DNA of 63,825 nucleotides, counting the filler. It is 4 parts of 4 records of this genome, joined end to end, with 100 filler letters (N's around TTAATTAATTAA, not from the genome) between each part and the next. Parts side by side here need not be neighbours in the genome. Positions count along the whole stretch, not along the records: positions 23,556 to 35,067 come from DRR723986_3417; positions 35,168 to 56,422 come from DRR723986_3443; 2 more parts are not named here. The stretch is one strand, 5' to 3'. Position numbers and translations under genes: made by a program. Each line of letters begins with the position of its first letter. Positions within the stretch are counted from its first letter, which is position 1. The notes under the pieces were generated by a model. It made no database searches. It worked only from the letters and a program-made list of their open reading frames with translations, and was not told the origin of the DNA. Positions 28,967 to 40,707 of the stretch are shown piece by piece.

Positions 28967-30730
28967 TTATTCGTCGAAGACGTAACGGCCCGGTGCCGGG
29001 TAAAGAGGCTGGAATGCCTCGTTCCCGCAAGTCTTTGGCGCAGTTTTAACTGTACCCGAGCGCGCCTTCAGCCATTCGCCCCAGACGAGCCACCAACTGC
29101 CCGCTTCTTCTGTCGCACCAGCTGCCCACTCATCCGCAGTCGGCGCAATTGTTGAGTTGCGGAACATTTTCGCCTTCGGGTTTCCCGGAGGATTAAGAAG
29201 TGATTGAATATGCCCGCTTGAAGACAGGATGAACTCAATGTTCTTCGACCCCAGCAGGCCTGCCGTCCGGTAACAGGCTTTCCACGGCGTGATGTGATCC
29301 GTCAGCCCGGCAACTATGAAGGCGTCCGCCTTCACCTTCGACATGTCCAGCATGTGCCCGGCCACTTCAAATTCACCCGGATGATCGAATGGCTGATTCA
29401 GCCCCATATCCAGATAATCAGAATGCAGCTGTGCCGGGAGATTGGTGGAATCATTGTTCCAGTAGAGCACGTCAAACGGCGCCGGATCCTCACCCATCAG
29501 ATAATTGTTGACGACATAATTCCAGATCAGGTCGTTCGGCCGCATCCACGCGAACATGCGCGCGAGATCGTCGCCCTTCAGGATGCCCTTCTTCTTCGAA
29601 TAGGCTCGAGCGATTTCGAGGCTGCCATCGGAAACGATCTGGCCAAGCTCGCTGTCTTCTTTCTGTGGGTTCAGCACACAGACCATGAAGGTGATCGAAT
29701 TGATGCGATCATCACCCGCAGCGGCAAACAGGCTCGCGAGTGTTGCGGTCGTGATTCCGCCGGAACATGCACCTGAAACGTTGATCTTCTTCGACTTCGT
29801 CACCTGACGGACGACTTCGCTCGCCTGGATCAGGCTATCGACATAATCCTGCATGCCCCAGTTGGCATTCTCTCGCTTAGGGTTTCGCCAGGACACAACA
29901 AATGTCTGCTGTTCCATGGCGAGCAGGAACTGGACCATGGACGTCACCGGCGACAAGTCCATCGCATAATACTTGTTGATCTGGGGCGGAATGATCAGGA
30001 TCGGCGTGCGGTGCACTTTCTCAGTTGTCGGTGCATACTGGATCAGCTCCAGCATCTCGTTCTTCCAGATCACCTGCCCTTCAGACACGGCGAGGTTCTT
30101 GCCGACCTTGAAAGGCCGCTTGTCGACCTGGCTTGGCATGCCACCATTCTTCGTCAGGTCGTTATAGGCGTTCTTCAACCCCTTGAGCAGCGACAGCCCG
30201 CCGGAGTCGACCACACGCTTGGTGGCCGCCGGATTGCCGATAAGGGAGTTGGTCGGCGCCAGCGCGTCGGTGATCATGCCCATGACGAACTTCGCCCGCG
30301 CATGCTCAAGTTCAGTCATCTTGAGATCGGCCACCCAGGCATTCAGGTGCTCCTGCGTCGCGAGATAAGCCTGCATGCCACGCCGGTAGAACGGGTTGTG
30401 CTCCCAGGCCGGATCGCGGAAGCGGCGATCTCTCGGATCGGCCTTCCTCTGCGATTTTCCGAGCAGGATCGCGGCGTTTTCTTTTGCGATCTTTGAAGCG
30501 GATTTCGCGCTGGTAATCGGGTTTGTCATCGTCGAGCGCAGCATCATCGCCACGGCGCCCAGCAATTCTTCCCGGTTGATCCCGCCCATGAGCGGGTTCA
30601 GCGCAAGCGTCGTCTCTGCTGCACTTCGGGCGATTTCATCCTTCGGCGTCGTCATCAGTCCCTCCCCGAGACTGCCAGAGAGCATGTATTCACCGCCCGC
30701 TGGCTTTTGTTTATCTTTTTTCTCTTTCAT
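28967..30730 (-). CDS. phaC: PHA synthase, class II-like
   Basis: PPQINKYY, catalytic GACSGG, FAWMRPNDLIWNY, DHITPW, SSGHIQS. Confidence 0.92.
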   Translation of the reverse strand: MKEKKDKQKPAGGEYMLSGSLGEGLMTTPKDEIARSAAETTLALNPLMGGINREELLGAVAMMLRSTMTNPITSAKSASKIAKENAAILLGKSQRKADPRDRRFRDPAWEHNPFYRRGMQAYLATQEHLNAWVADLKMTELEHARAKFVMGMITDALAPTNSLIGNPAATKRVVDSGGLSLLKGLKNAYNDLTKNGGMPSQVDKRPFKVGKNLAVSEGQVIWKNEMLELIQYAPTTEKVHRTPILIIPPQINKYYAMDLSPVTSMVQFLLAMEQQTFVVSWRNPKRENANWGMQDYVDSLIQASEVVRQVTKSKKINVSGACSGGITTATLASLFAAAGDDRINSITFMVCVLNPQKEDSELGQIVSDGSLEIARAYSKKKGILKGDDLARMFAWMRPNDLIWNYVVNNYLMGEDPAPFDVLYWNNDSTNLPAQLHSDYLDMGLNQPFDHPGEFEVAGHMLDMSKVKADAFIVAGLTDHITPWKACYRTAGLLGSKNIEFILSSSGHIQSLLNPPGNPKAKMFRNSTIAPTADEWAAGATEEAGSWWLVWGEWLKARSGTVKTAPKTCGNEAFQPLYPAPGRYVFDE

Positions 30731-30812
30731 TGAAGGAAAGAGTTACTTGTAAACTTTGAAAGAAAATTCGTTCCATAGTCAGAATTGCGTGTCAAACTCC
30801 GTCTTCAAACCG

Positions 30813-31445
30813 ATGAAGACACGCGATCGCATCCTCCATGTCAGCCTGCTTCTCTTCAATGAAGAAGGAGAAGCCCAGCAAACGGCTGTCGACATCTCGA
30901 ATGCGCTGGGCATCAGTCCGGGCAATCTCTACTACCATTTCAAGGGCAAGGACGCGATCATCCGGGCCTTGTTCGACGCCTTCGAGGAAGAGATGCGGGT
31001 CATCCTGCGCGGCTCCCGCGGACGGGTCACCTCAATTGAGGACAACTGGGTCTATCTCTACATCATCCTCGAAGAAATCTACGATTTCCGTTTCTTCTAC
31101 CGCAACCTTGGCGTCCTGCTGGACCGGTATCCGGACCTTGCCAGCCGTTTCCGGTCTCTGGTCGCCGAGCAGCGCACCACGATCCACAATGTGCTGGCAG
31201 ATCTGGGCAAGGCCGAAGTCCTGACTATCGATCCCCGACTGAGCGACGCCCTGACCGACCAGATCATGATGTCACTGACATTCTGGCTGGAAGCCGACGC
31301 GATGAACCGGAGTAACCTTGAAGGCGCCGCCCTGATCCACAAAACCGTGTTCCAGGTCATGTGCCTGATCGTGCCTTACATGGGCGAGAACGGTTTCGAT
31401 GCCCTCTCACGCATGATCTCGCACTACGAAGCGAACAAGAAGTAG
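30813..31445 (+). CDS. phaD: TetR-family regulator PhaD
   Basis: MKTRDRIL...LFNEEGE...ISPGNLYYHFKGK, very like Pseudomonas PhaD; divergent from phaC. Confidence 0.85.
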   Translation: MKTRDRILHVSLLLFNEEGEAQQTAVDISNALGISPGNLYYHFKGKDAIIRALFDAFEEEMRVILRGSRGRVTSIEDNWVYLYIILEEIYDFRFFYRNLGVLLDRYPDLASRFRSLVAEQRTTIHNVLADLGKAEVLTIDPRLSDALTDQIMMSLTFWLEADAMNRSNLEGAALIHKTVFQVMCLIVPYMGENGFDALSRMISHYEANKK

Positions 31446-31446
31446 C

Positions 31447-31472
31447 GGCAGGCGACACTTCAGCCGCCTGCC
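31447..31472. terminator. Hairpin between convergent phaD and the phasin gene
   Basis: GGCAGGCG-N10-CGCCTGCC. Confidence 0.45.
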
Positions 31473-31486
31473 TGACTATTCTGCTA

Positions 31487-32326
31487 TTACTTCTTGGCCA
31501 GCGCTTTGGCCTGCTTCACCCACTCATCGCGGATCACGCGGCCACGGGCACCGATCTTCGCGTCCAGCGCTTCAGCTTCGGCTTTCTTCATGGCGGCCAG
31601 CTGGGCAAAGCTATAGATGCCTGCATGGTTCAGCTTTTTCACCATCGCCGGGCCAACGCCAGTAATCTGCGAGAGATCGTCAGAAGCTTCCGGCGAAGCC
31701 ACGGCGGCCTTCATGGCCTTGGAGGTCTTGTCGGCAGCCTTCATCGCCGTCTTGGCGATGTCTGCACCCGTTTCACCGGCTACAGCTTCGATCTCGGCTG
31801 AAAGACGCGCGATACGGGCCCTCAGGTCGACCTTGCTCAAGCGGTCTTTCGACTTGGCAACCGTCTCGGCCACTTCGTCTTCGAGCTTCTCGATCTTCGA
31901 TGCGATTTTCGAGGTGCGTTCGCTCATCTGCTTCACGCCCAGCAAGTCGCGCATGCGCTCCATGCGTGCTTCGAAGCGGTCATAGGCTTCAGCCTGGAAC
32001 TGGCGGGCTGCAGCGTTTGCCTTGGCAACAGACTTTGTCGCCTTGGTAACGCGCTCGTCGTCTGCGAAGCGGGCTTTCACATCGGTCTCGATCTTTTCAC
32101 CGCGCTTCACCAACTCTTCGAAGAGTTCGGTCGATTGCTTGTTGAACGTATTCGCGTTCGCAAGTGCGGTGTCATAGGCCTTGCCATAGGCGCCAACGCC
32201 GGCAAGCCAGATTTTGTGAGCCATCTCGGCCGATTGCGCCTCAATGGCCTTGCCGACCTGCTCCGCCTTTACGCGAGCGTCGGATTTCTTTGCCTTCTTG
32301 GCTTTCGCTTTTTTGTCTTTAGCCAT
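31487..32326 (-). CDS. PhaF/PhaI-type phasin with a C-terminal helix-hairpin-helix-like domain
   Basis: KIWLAGVGAYGK..LFEELVKRGEKIE phasin motif, coiled coil, then DDLSQITGVGP..LNHAGIYSFAQLA..RDEWVKQAK. Start ATG 32326. Confidence 0.8.
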   Translation of the reverse strand: MAKDKKAKAKKAKKSDARVKAEQVGKAIEAQSAEMAHKIWLAGVGAYGKAYDTALANANTFNKQSTELFEELVKRGEKIETDVKARFADDERVTKATKSVAKANAAARQFQAEAYDRFEARMERMRDLLGVKQMSERTSKIASKIEKLEDEVAETVAKSKDRLSKVDLRARIARLSAEIEAVAGETGADIAKTAMKAADKTSKAMKAAVASPEASDDLSQITGVGPAMVKKLNHAGIYSFAQLAAMKKAEAEALDAKIGARGRVIRDEWVKQAKALAKK

Positions 32327-32465
32327 TGGAAATTCTCCTGATGGGTTTGTCCATGGCACCAAAGGTAAGGAAAAAGTCTAGAATCCGCATACTAATCGCC
32401 ATTGCCCTTGATTGGCGTGGCGCTGCCTCTCTATGAATGCCCCATCAGAAAGAAAGGATTTCAAG

Positions 32466-33170
32466 ATGAGCGCAGTCGACTACACCGTGGATGGCCAGAC
32501 CTATGAAGGTTACTTCCTTGCCCCCGAAGGCAAGACGAACCTGCCTGTCGTGGCGATCGCGCATGCCTGGGGCGGTCTTGGGGACAATGAGATCCAGAAA
32601 GCTGGTCGCGTCGTCAAAGAACTCGGCTATGCCGCGTTCGCGATGGATGTTTATGGAAAGGGTAAGCGCGGCACGACGGTCGAGGAAAACCAGGCCCTGA
32701 TGAACCCGCTGGTCGGCGATCGCGCCGAACTGCAGAAACGTCTCGCAGGCGGCCTCGCCGCAGCAAAGGCACAGCCGGGCGTGGACGCTTCCAAAACTGC
32801 CGCCATCGGCTTCTGCTTCGGCGGCCTTTGCGTGCTCGATATGGCCCGTGCCGGCATGGATCTGCTCGGCGTCGCCTCATTCCACGGCTTGTTCAACCCG
32901 GCAGACAATATTTCCTCACCGAAGATCAGCGCCAAAGTCCTGATCGAACATGGCTGGCTGGACCCAATGGCGCCGCCGGCGGACGTACTGGCCATCGCAA
33001 AGGAAATGGGCGACGCCGGCGCCGACTGGCAAATGCATGCCCACGGCCAGTCCTATCACGCCTTCACGACCGTCGGCGCGAACAACATGGACATGGGCAC
33101 GGTCTACAATGCCGATGCCGACCGGCGCAGCTTCGCCAGCCTCAAACTCTTCCTGGAAGAACTCTTCTAG
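32466..33170 (+). CDS. Dienelactone hydrolase family protein
   Basis: HAWGG, GFCFGG nucleophile motif, SFHG, HAFT, YNADADRRS. Confidence 0.92.
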   Translation: MSAVDYTVDGQTYEGYFLAPEGKTNLPVVAIAHAWGGLGDNEIQKAGRVVKELGYAAFAMDVYGKGKRGTTVEENQALMNPLVGDRAELQKRLAGGLAAAKAQPGVDASKTAAIGFCFGGLCVLDMARAGMDLLGVASFHGLFNPADNISSPKISAKVLIEHGWLDPMAPPADVLAIAKEMGDAGADWQMHAHGQSYHAFTTVGANNMDMGTVYNADADRRSFASLKLFLEELF

Positions 33171-33853
33171 TCAGCCCGCAACGCATAGCCGGCAGAGCGG
33201 ACAGTCCGGATCGGATCGTCACCCCCGCTCTGCCGGAGTGCCTTGCGAAGGCGCCCCACATGTACATCCACCGTGCGAAGCTCGACATAGACGTCAGAAC
33301 CCCACACCGTATCGAGCAGCTGCTCGCGCGAGAAAACCCGTCCCGGATGCTGCATGAAATAGTCGAGCAGCCGGAATTCCGTAGGACCGAGATGGATATC
33401 GCTTCCATTGCGCATTACCCGGTGCTCCACCCGGTCAATCTCGATGTCTCCCACGACCACTTTATCATCCCGCAGCCCCGGACGGATCCGGCGCAGGACA
33501 GCACGCACACGCGCCATCAGCTCCGTGGTTGAAAACGGTTTCGTTACGTAATCGTCCGCACCCGTATCAAGCCCGCGGATACGGTCACTTTCCTCGCCGC
33601 GTGCTGTCAGCATGATGATCGGAAGGTTCGGGTTCACCCCACCGCTGCGCACCCGGCGGCAAACTTCGATGCCGCTCACTTTCGGCAGCATCCAGTCGAG
33701 CAAAAGCAGGTCAGGCGCCCGCTCCTCCATCATCAGCAAGGCTTCTTCGCCATCATGGGCAATGGCAACCTCATAATCCTCGCGCTTCAGATTGTATTGA
33801 AGCAGCTCCGAGACGGCGCTCTCGTCTTCTGCGATCAGCACGTAAGGTTTCAT
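33167..33853 (-). CDS. phoB: Phosphate regulon response regulator
   Basis: LLDWMLP, GLDTGADDYVTKPFS, LGPTEFRLL, RTVDVHVGRLRK; start ATG 33853. Confidence 0.96.
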   Translation of the reverse strand: MKPYVLIAEDESAVSELLQYNLKREDYEVAIAHDGEEALLMMEERAPDLLLLDWMLPKVSGIEVCRRVRSGGVNPNLPIIMLTARGEESDRIRGLDTGADDYVTKPFSTTELMARVRAVLRRIRPGLRDDKVVVGDIEIDRVEHRVMRNGSDIHLGPTEFRLLDYFMQHPGRVFSREQLLDTVWGSDVYVELRTVDVHVGRLRKALRQSGGDDPIRTVRSAGYALRAD

Positions 33854-33884
33854 GTCATACTCCTGGCAAACACCGTTCGGGTGC

Positions 33885-34562
33885 TTAAAGTTTCGGCCGG
33901 TCCTGCTGCACCAGGTTTTCACCCGTGATCTGGAAGAAGACGAATTCGGCAATGTTGGTGCAGTGATCGCCGATCCGCTCAAGGTTTTTCGCCATGAACA
34001 GCATATGCGCCCCATCGCTGATCGAACGCGGGTCTTCGATCATGTAGGTCAGCATCTCGCGGAACAGGGCGTTGTAGTGCTGGTCAATTTCATCATCGGT
34101 TTCCCAGACAGCCTTTGCTTCAGCTGCATTACCGGATGCGTAGGCGTTCAGCACTTGGTGCAATTGTCGCGATACCGGCCCTGCCATCCGGGCAACGCCG
34201 CTTCGCATGGCGGGAAAGACCGCTGCATCGAGATTCAGCGCGCGTTTGCCGATATTCTTGGACAGGTCGCCGATCCGCTCCAGTTCGCCGGAAACTTTCA
34301 ACGCCGCGAAGACAGAACGCAGATCGTGCGCCATGGGCTGTCGCCGGGCGATCAGGCTGACGATCTGGCGTTCGACTTCCGCCTCCATCCGGTCGACCTG
34401 CGGGTCACGCTCTATGACATCAGCTGCGAGTTCCAGATCATTGTGAAGAACGGCACGGCAGGAATCGACGATCATCTCCTCGACGATGCCGCCCATGCGC
34501 AGAATATCTGCAGACAGACGTTCCAGTTCTTCGGTAAAGGCTGATACAATATGGTCCGACAT
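33885..34562 (-). CDS. phoU: Phosphate signalling protein PhoU
   Basis: RRQPMAHDLR and two ERIGD repeats. Confidence 0.96.
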   Translation of the reverse strand: MSDHIVSAFTEELERLSADILRMGGIVEEMIVDSCRAVLHNDLELAADVIERDPQVDRMEAEVERQIVSLIARRQPMAHDLRSVFAALKVSGELERIGDLSKNIGKRALNLDAAVFPAMRSGVARMAGPVSRQLHQVLNAYASGNAAEAKAVWETDDEIDQHYNALFREMLTYMIEDPRSISDGAHMLFMAKNLERIGDHCTNIAEFVFFQITGENLVQQDRPKL

Positions 34563-34568
34563 GGCGTC

Positions 34569-35067
34569 TTATCCGAAACGTCCCGTGATGTAGTCTTCAG
34601 TCCGGCGGTCACGGGGACTTGTGAAAATCTGGTCTGTGTCGCCTACTTCCACCAGCGAACCGAGATGGAAGAAGGCCGTACGCTGAGAAACGCGCGCCGC
34701 CTGCTGCATGGAATGGGTCACAATGATGATGCAATAGCGCTTGCGCAAATCGTCGATCAGCTCCTCGATGCGCGCCGTCGCAATCGGGTCGAGCGCGGAG
34801 CATGGTTCGTCCATAAGGATGACTTCAGGCCGCACGGCAATCGCGCGGGCGATACACAGCCGCTGCTGCTGGCCACCGGAGAGGCTGGTCCCCGCCAGGT
34901 TCAACCGGTCCTTTACTTCTTCCCAGAGACCCGCGCGGCGAAGGCTCTTCTCCACGATTTCGTCCATGTCTTCCCGTCCCTGGGCCAATCCATGGATGCG
35001 TGGGCCGTACGCGATGTTCTCATAGATCGACTTGGGGAACGGGTTCGGCTTCTGGAACACCATGCCG
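34569..35067 (-). CDS. pstB: Phosphate ABC transporter ATPase, 3' part
   Basis: [42 protein letters not shown]. Confidence 0.96.
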
Positions 35068-35167
35068 NNNNNNNNNNNNNNNNNNNNNNNNNNNNNNNNN
35101 NNNNNNNNNNNTTAATTAATTAANNNNNNNNNNNNNNNNNNNNNNNNNNNNNNNNNNNNNNNNNNNN
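35068..35167. other. Artificial contig spacer
   Basis: 44 N + TTAATTAATTAA + 44 N. Confidence 0.98.
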
Positions 35168-35240
35168 AGAGACTCGAACTCTCACGCCTTGCGGCACTGG
35201 AACCTAAATCCAGCGCGTATACCAATTTCGCCACTTCCGC
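35168..35240 (-). tRNA. tRNA-Leu(TAG), 3' end truncated by the contig edge
   Basis: Reverse complement GCGGAAGTGGCGAAATTGGTATACGCGCTGGATT-TAG-GTTCCAGTGCCGCAAGGCGTGAGAGTTCGAGTCTCT; long variable arm. Confidence 0.95.
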
Positions 35241-35360
35241 ATGCTGGAACGGCCCGCAGGGGTGCGAAAAATAATTCGAAACCCTCTTACAAATATTCCC
35301 TAAGCGCCTGATAAATCTGAACAAAAAAAGTCGCCAAACAGGGTTTTGGGGCTGTTACAA

Positions 35361-35397
35361 GGGCGCAGATTCTGCCATAAAGCCCGCAGCCGATCAA
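35361..35397 (-). promoter_or_regulatory. Candidate tRNA promoter
   Basis: TTGATC, 17 bp spacer, CAGAAT, then GC-rich discriminator CTGCGCCC on the minus strand. Confidence 0.5.
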
Positions 35398-35440
35398 CCG
35401 TGACGACATGCGCTCCGGACGACCTCCGGGCCGGGCCCGA

Positions 35441-36484
35441 TCAATCAGTCAGGCAGGCCGGATCAAAACGGTAGTCACCGCGCAGCCAGCCGGCCACTTC
35501 ATTGCCTGCGGCCGTTCCCAGCGCCGCGTACTCCCGGGCCAGGTTCACCTGCTGTTGGGGCTCGATGCCATCGAGTCCCGCCTCCTGAAACAGGACCTGA
35601 TCGCGCTCCAGCAGAACCAGGGTTTGCGCACCAAGCAGCGCTTCAAGCCAGCCTGGCGGCGCCGACGCTGCCAGGCCACGCAGGCCGCACCAGGATAGCA
35701 GCGGCTGGTTCATCGGGTTGCACAGGTGGCCGTGCAGTCGACCCTCCAATCCCGACTCGCGATCAGGCAGCTCTTGCAGATAGAGATGCCTGGAGCGCTT
35801 GGCCCCGTCATTCACTGGATAGTTGTCCCACAGGGTGACCGGACGCCCCAGGCGTTCACCCGCCCAATCGGCATCGGCACAGCTGATCTGCTCCGAGCAT
35901 ACCCTGGGGCCGGTCCAGAAGATGTCGACCTCCGGCGCGAGACGCTGGCCCAACTCTCCCCAGTAGTCCGCCGGCATCGCACCAAAATGCTGCTCCAGCA
36001 CCGGATCAGCGGAATAATAGGTCGGGCAGACAAGCACCCGCTGCGCCGTGGTCCAGGCAAGCACATCGTCGACAATTGCGGCCTGCCGCTCGGCCAGCTC
36101 GGCCAGGTCCCCCGGCATATCGTCGAACAGGATCGCCAGCAAAGGTGCTTGCAGACTATTGAGCTCGTCCACCTTCGAACGCAGTTGCGCCCGCTCAGCG
36201 GGGCCATAGGACTGGTAAAGTGCGTAGGGTGAGAGGCCGACCCCGTAGCTGACGCCCGAGGCTGCCGCATGCATGGCGAGTTTGCGCTGCTCCGCTAGCG
36301 CCGTTGCCGGCCACGGCTGCTGCCACTGTCGACGCAGATAGGGGTCTGACTTGGGGCAGTATATGAAAGCATTAAGACCCAGGCCCCCAGCCACGGCCAC
36401 CATTTGGCTCCGCTCAAGGGAGGTCCAGGCGCGCCCGTAGTACCCCTCAACGATGCCTCGCAAGTAAGGCCGATCGAGGCTCAT
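35441..36484 (-). CDS. GH84 beta-N-acetylglucosaminidase (O-GlcNAcase-like) catalytic-domain protein
   Basis: GIVEGYYG, YCPKSDPY, catalytic ILFDD, CPTYY, FWTGP, WDNYPVND, NPMNQ. Confidence 0.9.
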   Translation of the reverse strand: MSLDRPYLRGIVEGYYGRAWTSLERSQMVAVAGGLGLNAFIYCPKSDPYLRRQWQQPWPATALAEQRKLAMHAAASGVSYGVGLSPYALYQSYGPAERAQLRSKVDELNSLQAPLLAILFDDMPGDLAELAERQAAIVDDVLAWTTAQRVLVCPTYYSADPVLEQHFGAMPADYWGELGQRLAPEVDIFWTGPRVCSEQISCADADWAGERLGRPVTLWDNYPVNDGAKRSRHLYLQELPDRESGLEGRLHGHLCNPMNQPLLSWCGLRGLAASAPPGWLEALLGAQTLVLLERDQVLFQEAGLDGIEPQQQVNLAREYAALGTAAGNEVAGWLRGDYRFDPACLTD

Positions 36485-36595
36485 TCCGGACCCTTATTCC
36501 TAAAAATATTCATCTCAGTATGAATATATTCCAAATTAAGCTAAAAACAGCGATCAACTGCTGTGGCAAACAGCGGGAAATGCGCGATACTAGAA

Positions 36596-36724
36596 GTGTG
36601 ATCACCTATCCCCTAGATTAATCGGGTGGTCGCGGGAGCATACCCAATGCTCTTTCAGGGAAGCAATTCCTTTATGTTTCACTCCTAATGGTCTTATTGG
36701 GTCCCTTTTGGGACCCATTTTTTT
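36596..36724 (+). ncRNA. Putative sRNA, RgsA (P16)-like
   Basis: Upstream -10-like CGATACT (36585-36591), three hairpins, single-stranded TGTTTCACTCCTAATGGTCTTA, terminator TGGGTCC-CTTTTG-GGACCCA-T7; downstream of and convergent with pilZ. Confidence 0.7.
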
Positions 36725-36819
36725 GCCCATATATTTAGTAAATACAATAAGATACGACACTATTAGAGAATTGGCCTGAGGAATTTTCCTTCTTCAGACT
36801 TCACATGAAGTTGCGCGCC

Positions 36820-37172
36820 CTACATGGTGTGGGTGGGTCGATCCGAATTCAGGGTGCCTGCGAGGTGATTCTCAATCTTGGCATTGGCGGCGGCATCCTG
36901 CTCTGAGAACTGCACACCGATTCCCGCGGTACGGTTGCCCTGCGCCCCCCTGGGAGTGACCCAGACCACTGTCCCGGCGATGGGTATTTTTTCCGGCTCA
37001 TCCATAAGCGTCAGCAACATGAATACCTCATCGCCGATCTGGTAGCTTTTGTTGGTCGGCACGAAAAGGCCACCATGCTGCAGAAACGGCATGTAGGCGG
37101 AGTAAAGGACCGCTTTGTCCTTGATGGTAAGCGACAGAATGCCCTGGCGGCCGCTGTCTTTTTTCTCTTCAC

Positions 37173-37176
<4 letters not shown>
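36820..37176 (-). CDS. pilZ: Type IV pilus assembly protein PilZ
   Basis: GILSLTIKDKAVLYSAYMPF..GGLFVPT...PTHTM; follows holB. Confidence 0.95.
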
Positions 37177-39865
<2,689 letters not shown>

Positions 39866-39866
<1 letters not shown>

Positions 39867-40696
39867 CAGCTGAGCTCCCGCAGATATTCATTGTGCAAGG
39901 CGCGCGCCGTCTCAAAGTTGGACCAGCGCCGGTCCCGATAAGCCACTACCGGACGTATGCCGGCAAGCGTGCTGCAATAGAACAGCTCGTCGGCGACAGC
40001 CAGCTCTTCTTCCCTGATAGTTCGAATGTCCACCGGCAGCCCTATTGCTGGCGCCCAGCGCTCGACAATGCCGCGGCGCCGGGTTCCGAGGATGCCGCAC
40101 CGGCTCAGGTCGGGGCTGCAAAGCCGGTCACCAAAGCGCAGGAACAGATTCCCGGCGGACACCGCGATCGGATTGCCCTCGCTGTCGCGCATGAGGACCT
40201 CGTCCATGCCCTGCCGGTCACGGTCCGCCGCCGCCAACACCTGCTCCAGGCGATTGAGGTGTTTTATCCCGGCCAGTGCCGGTTGCAGGGCCAGCGGGAT
40301 GTGCGCATCCCCGAGACTCGCGGCGGGCAACTGCTCACGCGGGTCATGCTGCAACGGGGTCAGGCGCAGAATCGTGCGCGGTCTCGCATCGGGCGCCGGT
40401 GCATAGCCCCGGGGGCCGCCACCGCGGGTAACAGTTAAGCGGAGCGCGGCAAGGGCTTGTGGCTGCTGCCTGACAGCCGGCGCAATCAGCTCGTGGATCG
40501 GCGGCAGGCCAGCGGGGAAATCGAGACGCGCGAGACCCAGTGCCAATCGCTCCTGGTGCAGGTCAAGCAAGGGAATGGTGCCATCGACGAGAAGTAAGGT
40601 CTCGAACAGGCCGTCGCCGAACTCCAACCCCCGATCAGGTAAAGGCAGGGTCGCCGCAGCTTCGCCGTCTATCCAGAAGCCCGGGGTGGCTGCCAC
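39866..40696 (-). CDS. pabC: Aminodeoxychorismate lyase
   Basis: DRGLEFGDGLFET, GIKHLNRLEQV; lies between fabF and mltG. Confidence 0.93.
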
Positions 40697-40707
40697 CGCC
40701 CGGCCGA

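Noticed and set aside
35112-35324. 70-aa ORF in the track
   Set aside because: It is a translation of the tRNA-Leu gene and the spacer.
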